A stretch of 64,000 bases of DNA, from NCBI GenBank assembly GCA_964574655.1, contig CAZNOH010000001.1, positions 201,852-265,851 on the forward strand, read 5' to 3'. Below, piece after piece: positions 1 to 8,946 of this stretch; the stretch's first letter is position 1; each line of letters begins with the position of its first letter. This DNA comes from an uncultured Candidatus Saccharibacteria bacterium. Its GTDB lineage: Bacteria > Patescibacteriota > JABMPQ01 > JAQVVF01. A program made the translations under genes and the position numbers. The notes under the pieces are model-generated. The model did no database searches. It was not told the origin of the DNA and saw nothing but the letters and a program-made list of their open reading frames with translations.

Positions 1-906
1 AATTTTGCATTTAATTTTGTTTTAAAAATAAAATATTATTTCAGAGATAGTTTGAACAAAATTCTGCCAGAGCCGGAAGGCTCGTTGATTGATGGTTTGC
101 TTTTGGGAAATAAAAGTGGTTTGCCAAAGGAATTATTAGACAAATTTAATTTAGTTGGTGTTTCACATGTGATTGTTGTTTCTGGCTATCATGTGACAGT
201 GATTTCTTCATTGCTTTTGTATTTTGGGATATTAATTTTTGATCGTAAAAAAGCGTTTTGGTTGGCTGTATTGGGGTTAATATTTTTTGTATTGTTAACT
301 GGAATCCAAGCTTCAGCGATTAGAGCCTCAATTATGGGTGGATTAGTTGTTGTAGCATTAAATTCTGGCAGGATGTCAAATATCAGGAACGTTCTACTTT
401 TTTCGGCAATTGTAATTGTTGCTTTTAATCCGTTGCTTTTGTCTTTTGACGTTGGATTTCAACTATCATTTTTGGCGACAATTGGCATTGTCTATTTTAC
501 GCCAATTATTTTGCGATATTTAAAAAAGATGCCAAATGTTTTTAAGTTAAGAGAGATATTAGCAACGACTTTTGCAGCGCAATTTTTGGTGTTGCCAATA
601 ATATTTAACAATTTTGAAAGGCTATCATTAATTTCGCCTCTGGCGAATTTAATGATTTTGCCGATAATTCCAATAACGATGCTGGTTGGTTTTTTAGGAG
701 GATTGGTTGGAATGATATTTTTGCCTTTGGGAAAATTATTGGGATTGATTACTTGGTTGTTTGTTTCGTATATGATTGAAATTGTGGAATTTTTTTCACA
801 ATTTGATTGGGCAGCAATTGAAGTAAAAAAGATTTGGTTTGGATTTGTGGTTTTATATTATGTTATGATTTATATTATCTGGAGAGTTTTAAGAAAGAAA
901 TCTTAA
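1..906 (+). CDS. comEC: ComEC/Rec2-type competence membrane channel, Competence-domain part. 5' partial: frame 1 is open to the window edge.
   Basis: Multi-TM protein with the GVSHVIVVSGYHVTVI motif typical of the ComEC Competence domain. No stop in frame between position 1 and 52. Confidence 0.55.
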   Translation, partial: NFAFNFVLKIKYYFRDSLNKILPEPEGSLIDGLLLGNKSGLPKELLDKFNLVGVSHVIVVSGYHVTVISSLLLYFGILIFDRKKAFWLAVLGLIFFVLLTGIQASAIRASIMGGLVVVALNSGRMSNIRNVLLFSAIVIVAFNPLLLSFDVGFQLSFLATIGIVYFTPIILRYLKKMPNVFKLREILATTFAAQFLVLPIIFNNFERLSLISPLANLMILPIIPITMLVGFLGGLVGMIFLPLGKLLGLITWLFVSYMIEIVEFFSQFDWAAIEVKKIWFGFVVLYYVMIYIIWRVLRKKS

Positions 907-911
907 TAAAT

Positions 912-940
912 GTAGAGACGTAGCAATGCTACGTCTCTAT
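912..940. repeat. GTAGAGACG-loop-CGTCTCTAC hairpin element, copy 1
   Basis: gtagagacgtagcAATgctacgtctcta. A 29-nt string identical to this one occurs at 36995-37023. The element sits in the 42-bp in-frame gap between the two ComEC halves. Confidence 0.7.
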
Positions 941-948
941 GAAAAATT

Positions 949-1815
949 ATGATCAAAGTTAAAAATAAAAAAGTTGCATATAGCGTGATGGTTGTATTTG
1001 GATTATTGAATATTGTTTTGTGGCCAATGGTTTTTAAAGGCAATGATAAAAACTTAACAGCCTATTTTTTTGATGTCGGTCAAGGAGATGTAAGCTATTT
1101 TCGAACTGCAGATTCTCAAGATATTTTGATTGATGGCGGACCTGGCAGTAAAGTGCTGTCAAAATTGGGTGAGGCAATGCCATACTATGATAAAAAAATT
1201 GAGTTAATTATTCTGAGTCATGCTCATGCTGATCATATTGATGGTTTGGTTGATGTTTTAAAAAGATATGATGTTGATAAAATATTATATTATGCAACTG
1301 AAACTGATTATGCTGGTTATCAAGAATTAAAAAAAATAGTAAAAGAAAAAAATATTGCTTCGAAAAATGTTAAAGCTGGAGACGAAGTTTTATTAGGTCA
1401 GACAACGATTAAAATTTTATCTCCGATTAATTATGTTGAAGGCACTGATTTAAATGATTCTTCAATTGTTTTAAGGTTGATTTATGGGCAAAATTCTATT
1501 ATGATGACTGGTGATGCAGGATTAAAAACCGAGAAAGAAATTTTAAATAATAATGTAGATATAAAGAGTGATATTTTGAAGGTTGGCCATCATGGTAGCA
1601 AGTATTCAAGTTCAACTGATTTTTTAGAAAAGATTGCGCCAAGCTATGGTATAATTATGGTGGGTTTGAAAAATTCTTATCATCATCCGCATCAAACAAC
1701 TTTGGATAATTTGAATAATTTAGGCATTAAAATTTTTAGGACTGATTTGGATCAAGATATTAAGTGTCTTGGGGATGGAATCGTTGTTAATTGCGAGAAA
1801 ATTACTAATTACTAA
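949..1815 (+). CDS. Metallo-beta-lactamase-fold hydrolase, ComEC C-terminal-domain-like. N-terminal TM helix.
   Basis: HxHxDH motif in ILSHAHADHIDG, and later a GHHGS motif. Same reading frame as the upstream ComEC part. Confidence 0.65.
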   Translation: MIKVKNKKVAYSVMVVFGLLNIVLWPMVFKGNDKNLTAYFFDVGQGDVSYFRTADSQDILIDGGPGSKVLSKLGEAMPYYDKKIELIILSHAHADHIDGLVDVLKRYDVDKILYYATETDYAGYQELKKIVKEKNIASKNVKAGDEVLLGQTTIKILSPINYVEGTDLNDSSIVLRLIYGQNSIMMTGDAGLKTEKEILNNNVDIKSDILKVGHHGSKYSSSTDFLEKIAPSYGIIMVGLKNSYHHPHQTTLDNLNNLGIKIFRTDLDQDIKCLGDGIVVNCEKITNY

Positions 1816-1925
1816 TTTTTAATTACTAATTAATTTAAAATGAACTAATTTTCAATATTTTTCTGGGTATTTAGAAATTAGGTATTTGGAATTGATTAGA
1901 AATTAGAAATTGAAAATTAGAAATT

Positions 1926-2645
1926 ATGATAAAAATATCAATTGTTGTTCCAGCATATAACGAGGAAAAATATATTAAGCCCTGCATTGAATCTTTGATT
2001 AGTCAGGATTTTTTGGATTATGAATTAATTGTTAGTTTGAATGCTTGTACTGATCAGACGGAAAATGTTGTTTTGGATGTTGCGAGAAAAAATAATTTTA
2101 CTAATTTAAAAATTGTTAAAGAGAATAGAAAAGGTGTTTCTAATGCTCGTCAAACTGGAGCAGAAAATGCACAAGGTCAGATTATTGTCAGTTGCGATGC
2201 TGATACAGTTTATCCTACAGATTGGTTGAGTAGAATTGAAAAATATTTTGATGATCCAAAGACAGCATTATTTTATGGAAGCGTTAGAATGAACGGTGGG
2301 CCAGTATATTTAAGATTTTTAGCTAGATATGTTTACACTTGTTTTTTACATATTTCGAGATGGTTTGGAAAAGATAATGTAACTGGGATGAATTTTGCTT
2401 ATCGAAAAGATTTATTTATAAAAGCAGGCGGATATGATTTGAATTTAAAATCAGCTGAAGATGTTTTTCTTGGACAAAAATTAAAAAAATATGGTAAAGT
2501 TGTTTTTGATCCAAAAATTTTTGTATATACATCACCAAGGCGTTTTCAAAAAGGTTTTTGGCGTTTTTTATGGTTTCATGTAAAGAATTATTGGAATGTG
2601 TTCGTGCTGAAAAAGCAACCGAGCGATTTTATTGATATAAGGTAA
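1926..2645 (+). CDS. Family 2 glycosyltransferase
   Basis: N-terminal SIVVPAYNEEKYI and a DxD region (SCDADT) typical of GT2. Confidence 0.7.
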   Translation: MIKISIVVPAYNEEKYIKPCIESLISQDFLDYELIVSLNACTDQTENVVLDVARKNNFTNLKIVKENRKGVSNARQTGAENAQGQIIVSCDADTVYPTDWLSRIEKYFDDPKTALFYGSVRMNGGPVYLRFLARYVYTCFLHISRWFGKDNVTGMNFAYRKDLFIKAGGYDLNLKSAEDVFLGQKLKKYGKVVFDPKIFVYTSPRRFQKGFWRFLWFHVKNYWNVFVLKKQPSDFIDIR

Positions 2646-2653
2646 CATTATGA

Positions 2654-2730
2654 TGCCAATATACGAATATAATGCTAATTTACGAATTGCGAATCGAACG
2701 AATTGGCAATTAGCATTATTGGCATTAGAT
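2654..2730. repeat. Post-stop array of ACGAAT/GCGAAT units and TGCCAAT/TGGCAAT words
   Basis: acgaat occurs 3 times plus gcgaat, at roughly 10-bp phase. The array starts 9 nt after the TAA stop at 2643-2645. Confidence 0.55.
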
Positions 2731-2753
2731 TAGTATATTAGCAACATATTTTT

Positions 2754-4058
2754 ATGAACATAGCTTTTTTTACCGACACTTATCATCCTTATGTTTCTGG
2801 TGTTGCTAATTCAATAGATTTATTTAAAGATGAGCTTGAAAAACAAGGTCATCAGGTTTTTATTTTTGCGCCATTATTAAAAGATGAAAATGGAAATATT
2901 CCGAAAGACGGTCCAAGAGTTTATCGCATTGAATCTTTGAAGCAGGATGTTTTTTCGGAATTTACAATGACCTTGCCTAATTTACCGCCGATTTTTCATG
3001 ATTTTTACAAATTCAAAATTGATGTTGTTCATTCTCATACTCCATTTTATATGGGAATGTATGCGAGCATTGTTGCTATTTTTTATAATATTCCGGTTGT
3101 TCATACCTATCACACTCTTTATGAAAAATATACTGGACATTCATTGTTCAAGAATTGGTATAGAGTGGATAAAGCAGTAATGAGTTTGGCAAAAGATGTT
3201 TCAGTATTTTATAGCCAGAGATGCGATGCTTTAATTTCGCCTTCTGAAAAAGTTAAAAAAATGTTGCAAGAATATGGGGTAAAAAATGATATTTCTGTTA
3301 TTCAAACAGGAATTGAATTGGAAAAATTTGATAATATTGAGAAAAATTATTTGAGATCGAAATTTAATATTCCAGCTGATAAAAAAATAGTAATGTATTT
3401 GGGCAGAGTAGCTCTTCCTAAAAATCCAATGTTTCTAGCGGAAATGTTTGAAAAAGTGGCTAAAGAAGATGAAAATTGCGTGATGGCGATAATAGGCTCT
3501 GGTCCAAGCTTAGATGATTTGAAAAAGGAATTTGAAAAAAAGAAATTGCAGGATAGAGTTATTTTTGGCGGATTTGCAAATCGAGATGAAGTGCCAAAGT
3601 GTTTTGCTGATGCATCAATTTTTGTTTTTGCATCAAAGACTGATACACAAAGTTTAGTTCTATTGGAAGCAGCAGCATCTGGTTTGCCGATTGTAATGTT
3701 AAAAGATGAAGGTTTGACTTCTGTTGTATCAGACTTAGAAAATGGCTTTGAAATTCCAAATGATGATTCAAATTTGTATTCCGAAAAAGTTTTGGAGCTG
3801 TTGCGAAATTCGGATTTACGTGCTAAGATGTCGACAAAGTCATTGGAATTAGCAAAATTATTTTCAATCCAAAATCAAACTCAGAAATTATTAAATTTAT
3901 ATTTAGAAACAATAGAATCACACGAGCAAGCTTCTTGGAGAAAGAGAATAAAAAGAGGATTGAATAAAGAAATAAATTTGAAAGATTTTTTTATGGAAGA
4001 TGGACAGTTCAGGATATTGAAAAAACTAAGAAAATTAATGGACAAAATTAAAGGTTAA
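2754..4058 (+). CDS. GT4 (group 1) glycosyltransferase, MGDG/glucosyl-diacylglycerol-synthase-like
   Basis: N-terminal FFTDTYHPYVSGV motif, and a C-terminal GT-B region with an E-x7-E-like segment (LLEAAASGLPIV). Confidence 0.65.
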   Translation: MNIAFFTDTYHPYVSGVANSIDLFKDELEKQGHQVFIFAPLLKDENGNIPKDGPRVYRIESLKQDVFSEFTMTLPNLPPIFHDFYKFKIDVVHSHTPFYMGMYASIVAIFYNIPVVHTYHTLYEKYTGHSLFKNWYRVDKAVMSLAKDVSVFYSQRCDALISPSEKVKKMLQEYGVKNDISVIQTGIELEKFDNIEKNYLRSKFNIPADKKIVMYLGRVALPKNPMFLAEMFEKVAKEDENCVMAIIGSGPSLDDLKKEFEKKKLQDRVIFGGFANRDEVPKCFADASIFVFASKTDTQSLVLLEAAASGLPIVMLKDEGLTSVVSDLENGFEIPNDDSNLYSEKVLELLRNSDLRAKMSTKSLELAKLFSIQNQTQKLLNLYLETIESHEQASWRKRIKRGLNKEINLKDFFMEDGQFRILKKLRKLMDKIKG

Positions 4059-4076
4059 ATTAAATAAAATAATTTT

Positions 4077-4559
4077 ATGCCAGACAAAATTGAAAGAACA
4101 TTAGTTATTATTAAGCCAGATGGTTTGCAAAGAAATCTTTTAGGCGAGGTGATTTCTCGTTTTGAAAAAAAAGGATTAAAAATTACGGCCTTAAAAATGA
4201 TGCAATTGAGTGATGTATTGCTAGATGAACATTATGCGCATCATAAAGATAAGCCATTTTTTAATGACTTAAAGGGTTTTATGAAAAGCGCGCCTTGCGT
4301 GGCAGTTGTTTTGGAAGGCTATGATGCAATATCAGCTGTTCGTTTGCTAGTAGGTCCAACAAAGGGCTATGAAGCTGATGCTGGCAGTATTAGAGGTGAC
4401 TTATGCATATCTGGATCAAGCAACATTGTTCATGCATCCGATAGTCCAGAAAATGCTGAGAAAGAGGTTTTTAGATTTTTCAATAATGATGAATTGTTTG
4501 AATATAAAAAAATTGATTATGATTATCTTTATTCTGAAAAGGAAAAGAAAGTAGAATAA
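4077..4559 (+). CDS. ndk: Nucleoside diphosphate kinase
   Basis: ERTLVIIKPDG and NIVHASDS (the active-site His region) are both conserved. Confidence 0.9.
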   Translation: MPDKIERTLVIIKPDGLQRNLLGEVISRFEKKGLKITALKMMQLSDVLLDEHYAHHKDKPFFNDLKGFMKSAPCVAVVLEGYDAISAVRLLVGPTKGYEADAGSIRGDLCISGSSNIVHASDSPENAEKEVFRFFNNDELFEYKKIDYDYLYSEKEKKVE

Positions 4560-4583
4560 TCTTTAGATAACGTAAATTATAAA

Positions 4584-4609
4584 TGAGCCAAAAGTTGGCT
4601 CATTTTTTT
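4584..4609 (+). terminator. Intrinsic terminator after ndk
   Basis: tgagccaa-aag-ttggctca stem followed by a T7 run. Confidence 0.6.
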
Positions 4610-4625
4610 ATCCACATAAATAGTC

Positions 4626-4653
4626 TTGACAGTATTTTTTAATCTGCTATACT
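4626..4653 (+). promoter_or_regulatory. Sigma70-like promoter: TTGACA, 16-bp spacer, TATACT
   Basis: The consensus hexamers lie upstream of the yerC-like gene. Confidence 0.45.
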
Positions 4654-4660
4654 TTATCTA

Positions 4661-4686
4661 AGTAAATCACTTTACTAAAGTAAATT
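4661..4686 (+). promoter_or_regulatory. Palindromic operator candidate AGTAAAtcacTTTACTaaAGTAAAT
   Basis: A perfect 6-bp dyad plus a third half-site lies between the promoter and the start codon of the TrpR-like regulator gene. Confidence 0.3.
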
Positions 4687-4692
4687 ATATTT

Positions 4693-5013
4693 ATGCCAAA
4701 ATGGCGCAATCGAAAAACTGATAATTTAATAAATGTGATTCTTGATTTGAAAAATCAAAAAGAAGCGCGGAATTTTTTTCGTGATCTTTTGACGGAGCCG
4801 GAATTGATTGAATTTGGTAATCGTTGGCAAGCGGTACAAATGTTGGATCGTAAAATTTCTTATACTAAAATTGTAAAACAGACTGGTTTGAGTTCTCGAA
4901 CAGTTGCAAGAATTTCTAAATGGCTGAATGATGGGATGAATGGCTATAGATTGTCTTTAGATAGATTAAATAAAAAAAATCATCATTACTCTTCTTATCT
5001 CAGGAAGAGCTAA
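4693..5013 (+). CDS. TrpR-like YerC/YecD family DNA-binding protein
   Basis: The HTH region TKIVKQTGLSSRTVARISKW resembles the YerC/YecD family. Confidence 0.6.
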   Translation: MPKWRNRKTDNLINVILDLKNQKEARNFFRDLLTEPELIEFGNRWQAVQMLDRKISYTKIVKQTGLSSRTVARISKWLNDGMNGYRLSLDRLNKKNHHYSSYLRKS

Positions 5014-5040
5014 TTTTGTTTTAAATACTAAATTAATAAT

Positions 5041-5066
5041 CTCTTCCTGAATTGGAAGAGTTTTTT
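5041..5066 (+). terminator. Intrinsic terminator
   Basis: ctcttcc-tgaatt-ggaagag stem followed by a T6 run. Confidence 0.55.
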
Positions 5067-5089
5067 ATTTATTAATTATTTTAAAAAAA

Positions 5090-5863
5090 ATGCAATTACC
5101 AAATCTAAAAATTGAATCAGAATTAATTTCAAAATATGTTTTATTGCCTGGCGATCCTGGTCGAGTTGATTTGATTGGAAAAAAATTAAAAAAGTTCAAG
5201 ATTTTTGGCCAGAATCGGGAATTTAGAATTGGCCAGGGATATTATAGAGGAATTTTAATAACAGTATGTTCAACAGGTATTGGTTGTCCTTCAACTGCTA
5301 TTGCAACTGAGGAATTAATAAAAGCGGGTGCAAAAGTTTTAATTCGTGTTGGTACATGTGGAGGAGCTTGGAAATTTGAAATAAAAGAAGGCAGTCTAAT
5401 AATTCCAACTGCTTCAATTCGAGATGAGGGGACAACTAAAGAATACATCGATCAATCTTTTCCGGCTGTTGCAAATTTTGAAGTAATTGATGCACTGATA
5501 GAATCAGCAAAAAAAAGGAAGCAAAAATATTTTGTTGGAATTAATAGAACGCATGACGCATTTTATGGAAATTTTGAATCTATAACGAAATGGGGTAAAT
5601 ATTTGTTGGATGATAAAAAGAATATTGATATGCCAATTTTATCTTCTGAGATGGAAAGTTCAGCTTTATTTGTTATTGCTTGTTTGAGAGGTGTTCGTGC
5701 TGGAGCGATATTGGCTGTAAATTCAAAACCTGAGCCACTGCTGGAAAGGCTGAAAGGCCAGAAGAAAAAAGTAATTACAGAATCAAGTTTAGATTTAACG
5801 AAAAAAACTGTTGAAAAAATGATTGATGTGGTTTTAGAGGCAATATTAATTTTAAATAAATAA
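5090..5863 (+). CDS. Nucleoside phosphorylase of the PNP/UDP family (DeoD/Udp-like)
   Basis: GDPGRVDLIG, STGIGCPS and the TCGG segment are characteristic of the PNP_UDP_1 fold. Confidence 0.65.
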   Translation: MQLPNLKIESELISKYVLLPGDPGRVDLIGKKLKKFKIFGQNREFRIGQGYYRGILITVCSTGIGCPSTAIATEELIKAGAKVLIRVGTCGGAWKFEIKEGSLIIPTASIRDEGTTKEYIDQSFPAVANFEVIDALIESAKKRKQKYFVGINRTHDAFYGNFESITKWGKYLLDDKKNIDMPILSSEMESSALFVIACLRGVRAGAILAVNSKPEPLLERLKGQKKKVITESSLDLTKKTVEKMIDVVLEAILILNK

Positions 5864-5865
5864 TT

Positions 5866-6501
5866 ATGAAAAAAGTTATTTGTTTTGATTTGTGGAAAAC
5901 TTTGGCTTATGAGCCATATTCTTTAGAAGGATATTTTGACTTGGCAATTAAAAAATATCCCAAGAAGGTTACCAATGCAAAAATATTAAGGTTGATTGAT
6001 GAAATTCCGATGAAAAATAGTTTTACTTTGAAAAAATCAGTCAGATTAATACTAGCTGAATTGGGAATTTGCGATGAAAAGTTGGTCAAACAGATAGTGA
6101 AGGCTTGGCAATATTCTTGTGATAATGCCGAACTGTTTTTTGATGCGTTGCCAATTTTAAAAAAATTAAGAAAAAAATATTTGTTAGTTTTAATTACAAA
6201 TACTTCGAAATATGGTTGGAATAGTATAAGTCGGAAGTTCAATTTGAATCAATATTTTGATTTTGTTGCAAAATCTTTTGAGTTAGGTTATGTGAAACCA
6301 GAAACAGAAATTTTTGAGTTTATTGAGAATAAATTCAAAATTTATGAATCAAATGTATTAATGATTGGTGATTCCAGAGAAAAAGATATTTTGCCAGCTG
6401 AAAAAAGAGGTTGGAAAGTAATTAGAATAGACAGAACAATCAAGAGAAAGAATAAGAAAGTAATAAAGACTTTGTTGGATTTAGAAGGAATTACTTTTTG
6501 A
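5866..6501 (+). CDS. HAD-superfamily hydrolase (subfamily IA-like)
   Basis: N-terminal FDLWKTL (DxD-type motif I) and C-terminal MIGDSxxxD. Confidence 0.6.
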   Translation: MKKVICFDLWKTLAYEPYSLEGYFDLAIKKYPKKVTNAKILRLIDEIPMKNSFTLKKSVRLILAELGICDEKLVKQIVKAWQYSCDNAELFFDALPILKKLRKKYLLVLITNTSKYGWNSISRKFNLNQYFDFVAKSFELGYVKPETEIFEFIENKFKIYESNVLMIGDSREKDILPAEKRGWKVIRIDRTIKRKNKKVIKTLLDLEGITF

Positions 6502-6586
6502 TTTTTACTTTTGATAAGGAATTATTTTGGAAGTCTGTTTTGCACCTTAAAAATTAACAATCTCCAAAAGAGGAGAGGAGGGAGAG

Positions 6587-7507
6587 ATGGAAGAGAAAAA
6601 AGGATCGTCGGGATGCCAAGTTCTGATTGGCGAGACTGTAGAAAAGAAAGGAAATAGAGATGCCTTGAAGTTGGAATTGGATGCTTATTTGCGATTGGAA
6701 AATATTTTGGGAGAGAAAAGTAATGTTTTGCCTAAGATTTTGGGATTTGTTGAAGATGAAAATAAGGCAGTATTAAAGTTGGAAAGACTACCTGGCAATG
6801 TTGATTTGGAACAATATATTTTAATAGTTTTTGATGAAGCAGAGAAAATTGAGAATATTAGAATTATGATCGGAAATGTTCTTGAAATGTTGGATGATTG
6901 GTTAGCAATAAAATCAACTGATGATCCAGAAATTTTGTTGTGTGAGATTGGGCAGGCATTGAATGTTGCTTGGGAAAAATATGTGCGACTTGGCGGAGAT
7001 CAAAACTTATTTGATTCTGTTGCGTTGAAAAGTTTTGTAACTGACAAAAAGATTAGAGAATTTCTTTTGACTGGTGTTTCTTTGGGACCATGCCATCGTG
7101 ATCTTTGTACTAACAATATTTGGCCATTGTCAGATAATTCAGTACAGGTTTTTGATCCCAGATGGCAACTGACAGGATCAAGCGTTACAAGCATTGGTCA
7201 TGTTGTTTTGGATCTAGCGTCATTTCGGATTAATTTGGAAAGATTGCAAGCAGATCGGTTCAAAAATGGTTTGTCATTATTGATTCCAATTGACATTGTT
7301 GATTCAAAAATTGATGAATGGATTAGGCAGAAACATTTTGTTAGAGAGTTGTACGATTTGGTATTGCTCAGAAGATATATTGCTTTTGCAGCGTGTAGGT
7401 GTGAGCATTGTATTCATCCATCGCGCTTGCATCGTTTTGAACTGATGGAAAAGCAAGCAGCAATAGTAGGGAATAAGTTGATTAATATTTTTGCAAGGAG
7501 ATCTTAG
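6587..7507 (+). CDS. Kinase-like phosphotransferase (APH / choline-kinase fold)
   Basis: An HRDLCTNN catalytic-loop-like motif. A strong SD (gaggagaggagggagag) precedes the ATG. GC is slightly higher than in neighbouring genes. Confidence 0.45.
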   Translation: MEEKKGSSGCQVLIGETVEKKGNRDALKLELDAYLRLENILGEKSNVLPKILGFVEDENKAVLKLERLPGNVDLEQYILIVFDEAEKIENIRIMIGNVLEMLDDWLAIKSTDDPEILLCEIGQALNVAWEKYVRLGGDQNLFDSVALKSFVTDKKIREFLLTGVSLGPCHRDLCTNNIWPLSDNSVQVFDPRWQLTGSSVTSIGHVVLDLASFRINLERLQADRFKNGLSLLIPIDIVDSKIDEWIRQKHFVRELYDLVLLRRYIAFAACRCEHCIHPSRLHRFELMEKQAAIVGNKLINIFARRS

Positions 7508-8110
7508 ATGCCTGTAGTTTGTTTTGATTTATGTAATACATTAATTACTGCTGGCAAGAAGCAAAGAGGCTACGAAATTATTTTGCAAAGATTTGGATTG
7601 CAGAAAGAACAGTTATATCCTTTTGTTCGTGATGTTTTGATGGTTAAGAAAGAAATTACCTATCGAGAAATGGTTGAAGAATTATTTCAACACCTTGGAT
7701 TAGAAAAGGAAGAATTGGCTAAATTAGAAACTGAAAGACTATGGGCAGAAGATAATAAAAGTTATGTTTGGCTATCGGGAGCGCAAGATTGTTTAGGGCA
7801 GTTGCATAAAAGAGGAATAAGATTAGTCTTGATTTCTAATTTGACATTTCCAGCTTGGCAGGAAATTGATTCCGGACTCGATGTCTCGTCTATGTTTGAC
7901 GAACTTTTCTTGTCATGTATGGTTGGTATATCAAAACCTAATCCGGATATTTTTCGAAAAGTAGTAGAACAATTTGCTTATGAAAAATTTTGGATGATTG
8001 GTGATAGTCAGTTAGATGATATTGAGCCGGCAAAATTGATGGATTGGCAGACTATTCTTGTGCCAAAATCAGCGACTGATTTTCCTTTAATTTTGAGGAG
8101 TTTGTTGTGA
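7508..8110 (+). CDS. HAD-superfamily hydrolase
   Basis: FDLCNTLI motif I and MIGDSQLDD motif. Start and stop overlap the neighbouring genes, suggesting an operon. Confidence 0.6.
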   Translation: MPVVCFDLCNTLITAGKKQRGYEIILQRFGLQKEQLYPFVRDVLMVKKEITYREMVEELFQHLGLEKEELAKLETERLWAEDNKSYVWLSGAQDCLGQLHKRGIRLVLISNLTFPAWQEIDSGLDVSSMFDELFLSCMVGISKPNPDIFRKVVEQFAYEKFWMIGDSQLDDIEPAKLMDWQTILVPKSATDFPLILRSLL

Positions 8111-8538
8111 TGAAAGTTTTAATTTTTGATATTGATTTGGATAAAGGACTGATGAAATCATTTGAAAATTTTGGTTTTGTTGTTTGCGATGTTGAAGAAA
8201 TGACGCAAAGTATTTTGGAATGGGAAGGCTGGAAGGATTTTGACAGATCGAGGACTGTATTGGTCTTTCCAGGTAATGGCGCGAATTTGTTGAAAAGATA
8301 CTTGTCTGAAGATTGGTTAGCTGGTTGGAAAACTGAAAGTGTTTTTGCAAAGCGGTTTTGGGAACCGGGGAGAGATCCTTATGTTATAGTTGAACGAATA
8401 TTTCCAAATCAGATGGCATTAGGTATTGAAAGAATTGTGTTGTTAGATGATGTTGTTTCTAGTGGGATGACATTTAGAAAAATGCGCAAGAAAAATAGTC
8501 CTTGGATTCCCAATGTATCATGGAGTGGCGTGACCTAG
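8107..8538 (+). CDS. Type I phosphoribosyltransferase, N-terminal 143 codons up to an in-frame TAG
   Basis: PRPP-binding motif IVLLDDVVSSGMTF. Confidence 0.55.
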   Translation: MMKVLIFDIDLDKGLMKSFENFGFVVCDVEEMTQSILEWEGWKDFDRSRTVLVFPGNGANLLKRYLSEDWLAGWKTESVFAKRFWEPGRDPYVIVERIFPNQMALGIERIVLLDDVVSSGMTFRKMRKKNSPWIPNVSWSGVT

Positions 8539-8739
8539 ATTATCCAAAAGGCAGCCAATACGATTGGGTTTGAAAATGTTTTTGCTGTTAAAACATTTGG
8601 AGAGAGCGATACAAAAGTGCCGATTATATCTTTGTCAACTTTGATTATGGAAAAGGATATTGCAGTTTCTTTTGCAAAACGTAATTTTTCTGCTGAACTT
8701 GGTTTGGAATTCTTAGCTTTATTGGAGAAATTAAGGTAG
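8107..8739 (+). pseudogene. Phosphoribosyltransferase interrupted by an in-frame TAG at 8536-8538 (nonsense pseudogene or readthrough candidate)
   Basis: The same frame stays open for 66 more codons after the TAG, to a second TAG at 8737. That is far longer than expected by chance in 30% GC DNA. The combined 210 aa matches the normal PRTase length. Confidence 0.4.
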
Positions 8740-8795
8740 AGTTTGTTCCTTGAAGACCTAGCAATAGGTCTTTTTTTATGATAGGATAATCTTTA

Positions 8796-8849
8796 ATGTG
8801 GATTCTTTTCTTGACAAGATATTCTAATAGTATATAATGAATTATATGA
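8796..8849 (+). promoter_or_regulatory. Terminator-promoter module: gaatccatataatgtggattc hairpin, T-run, then TTGACA-17-TATAAT
   Basis: A near-identical 30-bp module (aatgtggattcttttcttgacaa) is reused at 12282-12336, and a related one at 13392-13444. Confidence 0.5.
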
Positions 8850-8855
8850 AAAATA

Positions 8856-8912
8856 TTAGCCGACAATTTCATATGCATTTCTGGTATTCAATGATTTTGA
8901 GTCGGCTTTTTA
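8856..8912 (+). ncRNA. Candidate small RNA (about 57 nt): promoter-proximal transcript ending in a hairpin plus U-run
   Basis: Begins a few nt after the -10 box. The agccgac...gtcggct stem is followed by a T5 run. It contains no ORF. Confidence 0.25.
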
Positions 8913-8946
8913 TTGCGTAAGTTTATACTAAATATTTTATAAAAAA

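Noticed and set aside
2998-3771. ORFs 2998-3180 (+) and 3559-3771 (-) inside the GT4 gene
   Set aside because: They are embedded in a longer conserved coding frame and have low-complexity translations.
8536-8538. Stop-codon reassignment (TAG as sense) to explain the PRTase readthrough
   Set aside because: TAG terminates several well-conserved genes in this window at the expected protein ends (rplV, fba, M20 peptidase, kinase-like gene).
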